This document shows, one piece after another, positions 37,825 through 46,216 of a stretch of DNA of 52,489 nucleotides. This stretch comes from a virus (lineage: Duplodnaviria; Caudoviricetes), in IMG/VR virus record IMGVR_UViG_3300018466_000002, positions 1-52,489 of that record. One strand, written 5' to 3'. Below the pieces are notes generated by a model. It searched no databases. It had not been told where the DNA came from and was given only the letters and a program-made list of their open reading frames with translations. Both the position numbers and the translations under genes were made by a program. Within the stretch, counting starts at the first letter, position 1. The number at the start of each line of letters is the position of its first letter.

Positions 37825-38865
37825 GTGACTCCTATCCTCCGCGTCACCCGCGCGACCTCGTACGAGAAACGCGCCGCCATCACCGAGGCAGCCGACTCAA
37901 CGCAGGATGAGGTGATCGCGTCCGTGCTCACGTCCGGATTCCGGATCAACTGGACCGAGGTTGAGCGGGAGTCGGATGGCGCAGGGGAACCACTCCCGCG
38001 CATCGAAGCAGCCATCCGCGCGCAACTCGACGGACCCGACTTCGCGGAGACCGTGCAGGCGCTCGACGTGAACGGGCGCATGCTCGCCGCGTTCGTCCAG
38101 CGCCAGCATGAGCGGGCATCGGGACTGATCCTTGAGCCGGTGATCGCGTTTGCGGAACCGGTGTTCACACCGGAGCGCGCTGTTGCCTACTGGACGAAGA
38201 AACTTGGGTTAGACGAGGAGACCGCAGCGCGCGTGCTCGCGAACCTGCGCCGAGGCGACCACGCCCTCTTTGGCCTGAAGGACCGCATCGCCCGCTCCGT
38301 CATGGACCGCATCGCGTCCCTGTTCAAAGAGGCCATCGCGCAGGGACTCTCACCCGCCGAGTTCCCCCGCAAGTTGCGCGAGATCCCGACGCCGAAAGGA
38401 TGGAGCGGCGGGCTTGAGCGGGTCACGGACGCGGTGATCGAAACGGAGTACCGCACGAATCTCTCCGAGGTGTACAACGAGTCGGCGCACGAGCTGGTAG
38501 TGCGGCGGGCTGACACGTTCCCCTTCCTGCAGTTCATGGCGATTCGTGACTCACGCGTGACGTGGTGGATATGCGGAGCCATGGGCACTGCTGTGAATGG
38601 ACGCGGCTACATCGTGGCCACCGATGACCCGCTGCCGATGACGGTTTGGAGGCTGCCCGCCCACTACCGCTGCCGGTCCTGCTGGAGCCCGATCTCCTAC
38701 CTTGAAGCGCAGCGACTCGGCATTCTCGCAAAGGACGGACGCACGAAGATCGCCCTCGTTGGCGGGAACCCTGCTCGCCCCTTCGGTGACCCTCCCGAGT
38801 TCGCGACGAATCCGGACACGGGGGAGACGCGCAGGGTGGAGCCTCAGGCGGGATTCGGGGCGTGA
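37825..38865 (+). CDS. MuF-like head morphogenesis protein
   Basis: YRTNL..Y, FPFLQF.AIRDSRV, P.HYRCRS..PI motifs. Confidence 0.8.
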   Translation: MTPILRVTRATSYEKRAAITEAADSTQDEVIASVLTSGFRINWTEVERESDGAGEPLPRIEAAIRAQLDGPDFAETVQALDVNGRMLAAFVQRQHERASGLILEPVIAFAEPVFTPERAVAYWTKKLGLDEETAARVLANLRRGDHALFGLKDRIARSVMDRIASLFKEAIAQGLSPAEFPRKLREIPTPKGWSGGLERVTDAVIETEYRTNLSEVYNESAHELVVRRADTFPFLQFMAIRDSRVTWWICGAMGTAVNGRGYIVATDDPLPMTVWRLPAHYRCRSCWSPISYLEAQRLGILAKDGRTKIALVGGNPARPFGDPPEFATNPDTGETRRVEPQAGFGA

Positions 38866-38878
38866 TACAATGCGTCGC

Positions 38879-39181
38879 ATGATGAATGTTCAACCAGAGC
38901 CTGAAAGCTTCGTGCTGAAGGTCACCAACGACAACATGTCCGAGAGCGGCATCCTGACGGGCGACCTTGTCGTAGCGTCTCGCCTCGGCACAGAGACGGC
39001 AGACGGGGGCGCGCTCGTAATTGTTCGTCACGGGATCGGCGCCGGCGTATCGCTCGCTCGCCTGTGGCGGTGGCCCGCCGGGCAGATGCGCGTGGAGTTG
39101 TCCCCGACTGCCTGCCTCACGATGCGCGCCGACGAAGTCACGGTTGAAGGGCGCGTGGTCGGCCTGATGCGTAGGTACTGA
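38879..39181 (+). CDS. Stand-alone LexA/S24-like domain lacking catalytic Ser and Lys
   Basis: FVLKVTNDNM..SGILTGDLVV...SLARL...VEGRVVGLMR; leaderless element at 38862. Confidence 0.75.
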   Translation: MMNVQPEPESFVLKVTNDNMSESGILTGDLVVASRLGTETADGGALVIVRHGIGAGVSLARLWRWPAGQMRVELSPTACLTMRADEVTVEGRVVGLMRRY

Positions 39182-39230
39182 CATCCCCCCCCCGTTTGCA
39201 ACTCCCTCCCGAACCGGCGATACTCGCCGC

Positions 39231-39530
39231 ATGGACGCACAGGCGCTTGAGCAACTGCGCATTGACAACCGTGCCGCAATCGCGGCCGCGCGCGATCATC
39301 ACGCCGCGCAGGCAGCGAAGTTAGCCGCGGCGCTAGAAGACATTGACCGGCGAGACGCGCTGCGGCGCGAACGCATGCGCCACCCAGCGATGGTGGGCCG
39401 CTACCCGCGCCGATGGACTCGGGACGAGGTGAGCGAGAAGTACAACGCAGAGCAGGTTCACCATCCGAATCTGATCTTCATTCCTGCGGACGTGGCGGAT
39501 CTCGAAGTGACGGAGCTGCGCACTGCATGA
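39231..39530 (+). CDS. Hypothetical protein
   Basis: TTGCAA-N17-GATACT-N6-ATG; ATGA-coupled to the protease gene. Confidence 0.6.
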   Translation: MDAQALEQLRIDNRAAIAAARDHHAAQAAKLAAALEDIDRRDALRRERMRHPAMVGRYPRRWTRDEVSEKYNAEQVHHPNLIFIPADVADLEVTELRTA

Positions 39531-40699
39531 GCAAGACGATCCGCATCCCCGTCTACACCTTCGGGAAGTACCGCGCGCAGGACGGGACGGAGGAAGAGTT
39601 CACGGACGAATCCATGCGCGAAATGGCGCGCAACACGAACTTCGTCATCAAGGCGAAGCCGTTCATTCCGACGTTCGGATATGTCGGGTATGACCACCCC
39701 GTCTTCGGCAAGGTGAAGGACACCGACGCGCACGGCCACATCAAAGCGGCGGTTTACGAGGATGGCGTTTTCAGTTACGACGTTCTGCCGATCCCTGACC
39801 GCGAGGGGCGCATACGCCTGCTCGAAGATGCGAAGGCAGGGCGGCGTGTGCACGTATCCGGCGAGCACTCCCGCAACTTCAGCTTCGTGGACGGCAAAGG
39901 GAAGACCGTCAATGTAGGGCGGTGCGGCGTCGGACTCGCAGCGCTCGGGAGCGAGCGGCCGGCTCTCAAAAACCCAAACATCGTTCCCCTATCCGAACTG
40001 GAATTTCCCGACACCGTCGCACCCGCCGATGCCTTCGCCGCGCGTGAGACCCTGCGTAACGCCGGCATGGTTGCGCAGACTTTCTCCGAAGGCGTGCTAG
40101 TCTTTTCCGAAGTTCAACTTAGTACCGACGTTGACGATGAGCCGAAGGAGCAGAACATGACGCCCGAAGACAAAGCCGAATTCGAACGCCTGCTGGCCGC
40201 ACAGCGCACCGCGCTCACCACCGAATTCGCGACGCAGCTCGCCGCCGTGAAGGCGGAGAACGACCAGAAAATCACGGCCATGTCCGAGGGCGCGGAGAAG
40301 CGGCGGAAGATCCTCGACCGCGTTGCAGTCATCGTCGCCGAGAAGAAACTCGGCAAGATCGCCGCGGCAGCGCTGGAGGAAGCGGCACTCAACCCGACCA
40401 CGGACGGCATCCTCGCTTTCGGCGAGAAAATGTCCGCGGTTGTTCTGCCGGGCGGCAGCAAGGAAAAGCAGGGCGAGGGCGAGAAGAAGGGCGAGTCGAC
40501 CTGCGAGCCGGAGGCGCTCGCGAAACTCCGCCCGCTCCACTTCAGCGACATGACCGGCGAAAACGAAGCGCTGGTGTTCGCCGGAATTTCGGCGTTCGCC
40601 GAGTTCAGGCCGGACGCCTTCAAGGGCATCGAGAGCAACGAGGACGCGCAACTGCAGCGCCTTCGCCAGTATGTCCGGCAGCGCGACCTCGGCGCGTAG
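39527..40699 (+). CDS. Head maturation protease/scaffold (Mu gpI-like)
   Basis: GYDH, HVSGE, ALGSERPALK motifs then helical scaffold; upstream of capsid genes. Confidence 0.7.
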   Translation: MSKTIRIPVYTFGKYRAQDGTEEEFTDESMREMARNTNFVIKAKPFIPTFGYVGYDHPVFGKVKDTDAHGHIKAAVYEDGVFSYDVLPIPDREGRIRLLEDAKAGRRVHVSGEHSRNFSFVDGKGKTVNVGRCGVGLAALGSERPALKNPNIVPLSELEFPDTVAPADAFAARETLRNAGMVAQTFSEGVLVFSEVQLSTDVDDEPKEQNMTPEDKAEFERLLAAQRTALTTEFATQLAAVKAENDQKITAMSEGAEKRRKILDRVAVIVAEKKLGKIAAAALEEAALNPTTDGILAFGEKMSAVVLPGGSKEKQGEGEKKGESTCEPEALAKLRPLHFSDMTGENEALVFAGISAFAEFRPDAFKGIESNEDAQLQRLRQYVRQRDLGA

Positions 40700-40729
40700 C
40701 GCTCACGTTCAGAGAACAGGAGAAACGTC

Positions 40730-41581
40730 ATGCCGTTCTTTCACGAAGGCGACAACCCCCAGCCGCGCACGCCGCATGCAGACTGCTACGCCTACACCTT
40801 CGGCGTTGACCTCGCGAGCGGGCGCACCACGCCATGCACCGCGCAGGGCCAGCGCGCGGAGTACACCTACGAATCGACCGTCGCGGCGAGTCCGAACGAG
40901 GACAAGTTCGCGGTGGGCGTGCTGAGCCCCATCCACAGCGGGGGTACGGCGGTGCCGGTTCTCGCCGGCGGGCCGGTGTACGTCGGCCATGACGTTGTGG
41001 TGGGGATTGTCAACTTCACAAACAACGACGGCGACGTAGTCAGCCTCCCTGTGGCGATCGATGTCGACGACGCCGACGACGGGGACTGGATCGTCGCCCG
41101 CGCCACGCGCGGCACGCACACCACGGCTGCGGACACGGACATCAACCGCCCGTCGCTGGCCTTGCTGTTCTACTCCATTCCGCAGCAGTTCAAGGGCGGG
41201 GCGCAGGCGCGAACCCAGCTCACCTTCCCGGTCAATCTGGCGAACATCGCCGCTACGGGCGATGTCATCACGGACTACCTCGCCGGGTACGCCTACACGA
41301 TCATCGATCACGAGTTCGTCGTGAACGTGCCGGCCACGACGGCCGGCGCGGCCATCAGCCTGTCGCTGGAGATCAACGCCACCGCCGTTACCGGCGGCGC
41401 CGTCGCGCTCACCAGCGCGAACGCCACCCCGCAAGGCAAGGTGATCGCCGGCACGGCCATCACGGGGAACAACGTCGCGGACGCGAATGACACGCTCACC
41501 GTGCGCGCGACTGTCACGACCGCCTTCACCGAAGGCAGCGGAACCATCGTCATCACCATCGAGCAGACGCCGACCGCGTAG
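40730..41581 (+). CDS. Capsid decoration/cement-like protein
   Basis: SD AGGAG; between scaffold and capsid; Thr/Ala/Gly beta-rich two-domain protein. Confidence 0.6.
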   Translation: MPFFHEGDNPQPRTPHADCYAYTFGVDLASGRTTPCTAQGQRAEYTYESTVAASPNEDKFAVGVLSPIHSGGTAVPVLAGGPVYVGHDVVVGIVNFTNNDGDVVSLPVAIDVDDADDGDWIVARATRGTHTTAADTDINRPSLALLFYSIPQQFKGGAQARTQLTFPVNLANIAATGDVITDYLAGYAYTIIDHEFVVNVPATTAGAAISLSLEINATAVTGGAVALTSANATPQGKVIAGTAITGNNVADANDTLTVRATVTTAFTEGSGTIVITIEQTPTA

Positions 41582-41611
41582 AGCGGGACCGAGTAGCGAG
41601 GGAGAACAATC

Positions 41612-42595
41612 ATGCCTGACCAGGGATACGTAAACGGCGCAGCGCAACCGGCGCCGATGCTCTCGCGATTCGCCATCACGGCCACCACGCCGCCCGAAAA
41701 CTTCATGGCGAACCTCATCCTGCCGGACGCGCAGACCGATACGTTTCTCGGGAAAGCGCCCGTGCGCGGGAACGAGGAGCTGGAAGTCGACGACGATGAT
41801 CTGATCGGGAATAAGACGGATTTCCCGCAGGTGATGTGGAGCGAGGGCGAAACGGCATGGGAGCTCGGCATGCACGGACGCCGGGCGACCATCGGTGCGC
41901 TGTCGATCGAGCGCGCGCGTCAGGCGCAACGCGCGGCCGGCAGCGGCGGCGATCCGATGTACGACCTCGAAACCCGCGTCACTGGAATCCTCGTCGCGCA
42001 GAACCTCCGCCGAACCGAGCTGCTGAAGTGGCGCGTGATTCTCGACGAGACGATCTACCCGGCCGAAAACGTGCTCGATCCCATTGAGATCGACACCACG
42101 TCAATCCTCCGCGAAACGCTCATCACCGCCTCTGAGATCGTCGAGGCGCAGGGGCAGGGCGCGGCCAACCTGATCCTGTTCGGGCGCGGTGCACTGCGCG
42201 GTGCTGACCGGAACGCCAACCTTCTGGACCTCCTGCCGGAAACGTCGCCGCAGGTGCTCACCCGCGGCCTGATCCGCACCCTGACTCAGCTCCCCGAGGA
42301 GAGCACGCGGGTGGAGTTCGCCAGCTCCGTGTACCGCAGTACGCCGGGCGGGCCGCTCATCCCGATGATGGATAACCACATTTGGGTGGGACGCGTGAAG
42401 GCCGCTCCGGACGGCAAGGCCGCTTTCGGCTGGACCTACTGGATGAACTGCATGGAGAACGGCAAGCGGGTCTACATGAACCGCCTCCTGCTCGGCAATC
42501 AGGAGACGCGCTCCATCGGCCTGAAGAACTACTACCTGCCGTCTCCCGAGGATACGAGCCTCGGCGTTCTGATCCCCACCACGTTCAGCGCGTAG
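41612..42595 (+). CDS. Major capsid protein
   Basis: 327 aa; position; F.ANLILP, ANLILFG, HIWVG, AFGWTY, GVLI patterns. Confidence 0.7.
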   Translation: MPDQGYVNGAAQPAPMLSRFAITATTPPENFMANLILPDAQTDTFLGKAPVRGNEELEVDDDDLIGNKTDFPQVMWSEGETAWELGMHGRRATIGALSIERARQAQRAAGSGGDPMYDLETRVTGILVAQNLRRTELLKWRVILDETIYPAENVLDPIEIDTTSILRETLITASEIVEAQGQGAANLILFGRGALRGADRNANLLDLLPETSPQVLTRGLIRTLTQLPEESTRVEFASSVYRSTPGGPLIPMMDNHIWVGRVKAAPDGKAAFGWTYWMNCMENGKRVYMNRLLLGNQETRSIGLKNYYLPSPEDTSLGVLIPTTFSA

Positions 42596-42623
42596 AACTT
42601 CGCCAACCAACCCTCCCGCCTCC

Positions 42624-42642
42624 GTGCTACCATGTGTAACAC
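42624..42642 (+). promoter_or_regulatory. Conserved element, near-perfect palindrome
   Basis: GTGCTAC-CATGT-GTAACAC; SD GGAGG; ATG 42657. Confidence 0.7.
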
Positions 42643-42656
42643 GGAGGCGTTGTCAT

Positions 42657-43319
42657 ATGGGTCGGTCAGGAAAGAGCGGCGATTTGGTGTACGTGGACAT
42701 CTCGTCCATGGGGCAGTTCGGTTTCACGCGGTATCGCGTCACGCTTCGCGGCGAGAGGTTGGGCGAAGTGTTCTCGTTCAGGTCTGACACGGAAGCCTCA
42801 TCGGTCGTGTGGGCCGGTCAGGCGACGGACGGCACCCTGCGCGGATGGGTGCTGCCGTTCCGGACGCGTGCAGAAGCGGGGCAGGCGCTGTTGCCGAGGA
42901 AGGGGCGGTCGTGAGCATCGGGCCACGCGAAAACGCTACGCGCCTCTTGGGCGTGTTCACTGAGGCAATGGAGGCGCTCGGCGAGTGGGCTGACAATCCG
43001 AACGGCTACGACGGCGAAGACGGCATTGAGTTGTGGCTGAATCAGGTGCCAGCGTTGATGCGGGTGCGGGAAGCGATGAAGACGTACGCGCTCAACGAAC
43101 GCCAGATCGTCCTACGCAGGACGGTGCGCCGTGATTGAGTTCCTTTGCCCGAACTGCGAGGGTCGCGGGTGCGCGGCGTGTCTCGGCGATGCGGTTGCTG
43201 CGGACTCGGGCCGCCCGCACACGCGCGAAGAACGCCTCGCCATCGAAGCGCAGATGCCGTCCACGGTCCGCCACAAGCACGGCGCCTACGCTGGCCTGTT
43301 CTGCCCGCAGTGCGTATGA
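42657..43319 (+). other. Three small accessory genes (42657-42914, 42911-43138, 43131-43319)
   Basis: Overlapping starts/stops; the last has CxxC motifs. Confidence 0.55.
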
Positions 43320-43326
43320 TTCACTC

Positions 43327-43824
43327 GTGCCGTACACCACATGGGAGGAAGTCGCCGAAGCCGTGCAGGGTGAGCAGCGGTTGAAGGACATGCTGCTCCC
43401 TCGCGTGGAGACCGCAGAGGAACACCCCTACTTCGATCAGCAGCTCGCCATCGCGTCCCGCCGTGCTGATGTCGCGCTGGAGGTTGCCGGGTTTACCACC
43501 CCGCTTGCATCCGTCACCGACCCCCTTCTGAAGAACGCCATCATCGGCTATCTGATCGGCATCCTGACTCAGTCGAGCTCCAGCCGCGAGCCTTTCGAGC
43601 AAGCCCTCTTTGCGGCAGCCGAGGCCTACTTTGCGAAGATGGAGAAGGGCGGCGTCACGGTCCTCGGCGTCGTGGAGGATGAGGACTCGACCGAAGCCGC
43701 GCTCACCATGGGCGGGAACTTTGAACGCGAGTCCGTCTTTGACTTCACGCAGGCGGACGCGGAAATCCTCGGCGTGTTCGCATCGCTCGGGCGCGGATCA
43801 TTCCGTGGTAGCTGGCGACGGTAG
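43327..43824 (+). CDS. Head-tail adaptor (Mu gp36/DUF1320-like)
   Basis: PYTT.EEV..AS.RAD..L....TPL...L...A..YF.KM.KG pattern; TATGAT-N6-GTG. Confidence 0.6.
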   Translation: MPYTTWEEVAEAVQGEQRLKDMLLPRVETAEEHPYFDQQLAIASRRADVALEVAGFTTPLASVTDPLLKNAIIGYLIGILTQSSSSREPFEQALFAAAEAYFAKMEKGGVTVLGVVEDEDSTEAALTMGGNFERESVFDFTQADAEILGVFASLGRGSFRGSWRR

Positions 43825-43842
43825 TGTGATACGATGCGCCGC

Positions 43843-44124
43843 ATGAATTGCAACGCGCGCATTGGCCCTCTCTCGTGTGTTGGCGAATACGGGCACCCGT
43901 CGTACTGGTCTCCGCTGGCGCCGAATGGTCGCGACTACGCAGCGGGCATCCCGACCACGCACGTCACGCGAATCGGTTGGACGTTCGTGACGTGGAACGA
44001 CACGGCAGCCCTTCTGTTGACGGCCCTGCATGCCGAGATGGCCCGCACGATTCTCGGCGCCGATCTCACCGGCGGCGAGCAGCGCGGATCTTTGGCGCAA
44101 GCGAAGAACGGGTCGGGGTGGTGA
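43843..44124 (+). CDS. Hypothetical protein
   Basis: GTGATACGAT-GCGCCGC-ATG element at 43826. Confidence 0.55.
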   Translation: MNCNARIGPLSCVGEYGHPSYWSPLAPNGRDYAAGIPTTHVTRIGWTFVTWNDTAALLLTALHAEMARTILGADLTGGEQRGSLAQAKNGSGW

Positions 44125-44129
44125 CTGCC

Positions 44130-44483
44130 ATGAAGAAACGCATCGACCTCCACGCCGAAATGGAAGCCGCCGTACTCGCCGCATGCGATGGGACGGTCAG
44201 CACCGTTGACATGCTTGAGCAGATCGCATGGAGCGCCATCCCGTTCGAGACACTAGTAGCCGCTGCGAAGCAGACCGTGAAGGATCTGAAGGAGTCCGGT
44301 CGTTTCGTGAAGAAGCGCGGCAAGTTCGTGCAGTCCGACGCGGGTACCGAGGAGAAGCAGCCGCCTCCGGCGTGGCACAACCCGACCGGATGCGACTCGT
44401 GCGAGAAGAAACCGGCCCCAACCGAAGCCGACATCTTCTCGCGCACGGACACGTCACGGCCGAAGCCGAGGGGGCGGAAGTGA
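44130..44483 (+). CDS. Hypothetical protein
   Basis: Phage-like codon usage; basic. Confidence 0.55.
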   Translation: MKKRIDLHAEMEAAVLAACDGTVSTVDMLEQIAWSAIPFETLVAAAKQTVKDLKESGRFVKKRGKFVQSDAGTEEKQPPPAWHNPTGCDSCEKKPAPTEADIFSRTDTSRPKPRGRK

Positions 44484-44599
44484 GGATTCCCACGGCGAGA
44501 CATTGCGACTGTCACCATTGCCACACGCAATGCGCGTGCGCCGAGTGTGTTGCGGCCAAACGCCGCTGCCGGACCTGTCAACTAGGCGGACCGGTGTAG
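44480..44599 (+). CDS. 39-aa Cys/His-rich peptide
   Basis: GTGA coupling; HCDCHHCHTQCACAEC..CRTC. Confidence 0.45.
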   Translation: MRIPTARHCDCHHCHTQCACAECVAAKRRCRTCQLGGPV

Positions 44600-44608
44600 C
44601 ATCTCCGC

Positions 44609-45142
44609 GTGGCCACGTTCACGCTGCAATACCAACTCGGCGAAGTCTCCCATCTGCTCACGATGGTTGAGACGCGCGCCGACGATCCCTCGGACCTGAT
44701 GGCGGATCACCTCCTGCTGCTGATCCGGTCGACGCAACTCAACTTTGAGGAGCAGGGGCGCCCAGTTCCATTCGCTGAACTCGCACCCTCAACAGAACGG
44801 CGCCGGTTCGCCAAGGGCATGAAGGGCAAGGGAGCCAAAGCGCTCGGCTCTCTCGCCGTGCTCGGGTCCACTCAGATCCTGCGCGACACCGGCCTACTCA
44901 TGCAGTCGCTCGGAGCGGGAGCGAGCGGACCATTCGAAGCGGCGGACGGATTCGGCGAGTCGGACAAGTTCACGGCGGTGCTCGGGACGAACAGGCCGGG
45001 CGCCGATGCGCTGCAAGTGGGATACGCGCCGAACAATCTCCCCTCCCGCGAGTACGTGCTCTTTCAGGAGCAGGACGAGACGGACCTTCTGCGAATGACC
45101 GAGGATTGGATGATGGGGACGGGGCCGTACGCGGAAGTGTGA
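44609..45142 (+). CDS. Virion morphogenesis protein (Mu gpG-like)
   Basis: NFEEQGRP..F.ELAPST..RR...ILRDTGLLMQSL...GTN...LPSREY. Confidence 0.8.
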   Translation: MATFTLQYQLGEVSHLLTMVETRADDPSDLMADHLLLLIRSTQLNFEEQGRPVPFAELAPSTERRRFAKGMKGKGAKALGSLAVLGSTQILRDTGLLMQSLGAGASGPFEAADGFGESDKFTAVLGTNRPGADALQVGYAPNNLPSREYVLFQEQDETDLLRMTEDWMMGTGPYAEV

Positions 45143-45155
45143 TACAATGCGCGAC

Positions 45156-46200
45156 ACGTTATCACAGCGAGGGTGCGGAACACGTAACCTGCCCGTGCAG
45201 CCCGTGACCACAACACCCTGTCACCATGCCAAGGCGCGTATACACATTAGTGCGACGCCGAACCGGAAAGGGGCCGGTAGCCAGCGCGGAGCGAGTCGGT
45301 TGCGCAGTGAGGCACAGAACCTGCCGAGCAGTCCGAGGGAAACGCGAAGGACGGGCCAGCAACGGGCACTGCTGGCCGAGCAGTTCGTAACGAAATGACC
45401 CGCCGTACACGGACGAGAGAGTTGGACGCGGCGGGTCAGGGTGAACGGTTCCGCGAGGGGCCGTTCACTGGTTTCTGTGAACCCTGACCGGCTATCGGGC
45501 AACCGAAACGCCGAGCGTGATAGTGAGGCCACGCTGGAAAGGGAGTCGGCGCCTCCATCGCGAGCCGACTCCCTCTTTGACAACTGATTCGGGAACGTGC
45601 GGCGACAGCGCACGCGGCGCCCGGTGATGAGCAGCCGGCGGTTTTGTGAAGACGTTTTCCGTCGTCAAGCCCTCAAACCTCAGGCCACCGAAAGCGGGGA
45701 GACGCTGCGAAAATAATCCCCACTGACACGGGCGGACTCGTTCCGCCCCGTACGCGCCCGGATCAGTTGTGAGGAGAGTGTTCTGGACGAGCCTCCGGTT
45801 GAGGTGGCGGGCACGCGACCCGCGCAAAGACAAAGCGGCAAGATGTACGGCGGTTCGACTCCGCCCCTCGTCCCCGTTCGTTGAAAACAGGTTCAGACCA
45901 GCGGAGGTCGCGGGTTCGAATCCCGCCCCGTCGTGCGAGGCCCACATGCCGGGCTAATCCTCGACGAGGTAGCGCAGGGGTAGCGCGCCGAACCACGGCC
46001 CGCAAGGGAGCGTGGAGTGCACCGGACGGCGGAGTGGGCATGTCGCTCCGTCCGTTCCGCTCGTTCGTTCAAAACAGGGTTCAGGTAAGCGCGCCGGTGA
46101 AGGCGGCAGTGCGGTCCGCAGTCGGCTCCGGTGAGGACGACACGGACTGGAAACCGTCAGAAGCCGGATGAACCCCTGAACCCTGTTTTGAGCGAGCGCG
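45156..46200 (+). ncRNA. Large structured non-coding RNA locus with tRNA-like modules
   Basis: No credible ORF; promoter element at 45139; dense hairpins with GNRA loops and G-U pairs, two T-arms, one D-arm, 24-bp terminal stem. Confidence 0.7.
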
Positions 46201-46216
46201 GTACACTTCTCCCCGC

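Noticed and set aside
39185-39193. C9 homopolymer as a phase-variation switch
   Set aside because: Lies upstream of the putative -35, so length change would not alter promoter spacing or a reading frame
45171-45194. 16S rRNA-like phrase GGGTGCGGAACACGTAACCTGCCC
   Set aside because: Short, gapped similarity only; flanks do not continue as rRNA
45785-45990. Canonical tRNA or tmRNA genes
   Set aside because: No complete cloverleaf in normal order, no anticodon arm or CCA, no G3-U70 acceptor; reported as tRNA-like instead
45250-46205. Group II intron (GTGCG at 45250 and 45597; AGCCGGATGAA..GTTTTGAG near 46162)
   Set aside because: The domain V-like stretch cannot form its hairpin and its 3' part is used in the 24-bp stem; no RT ORF and no interrupted gene
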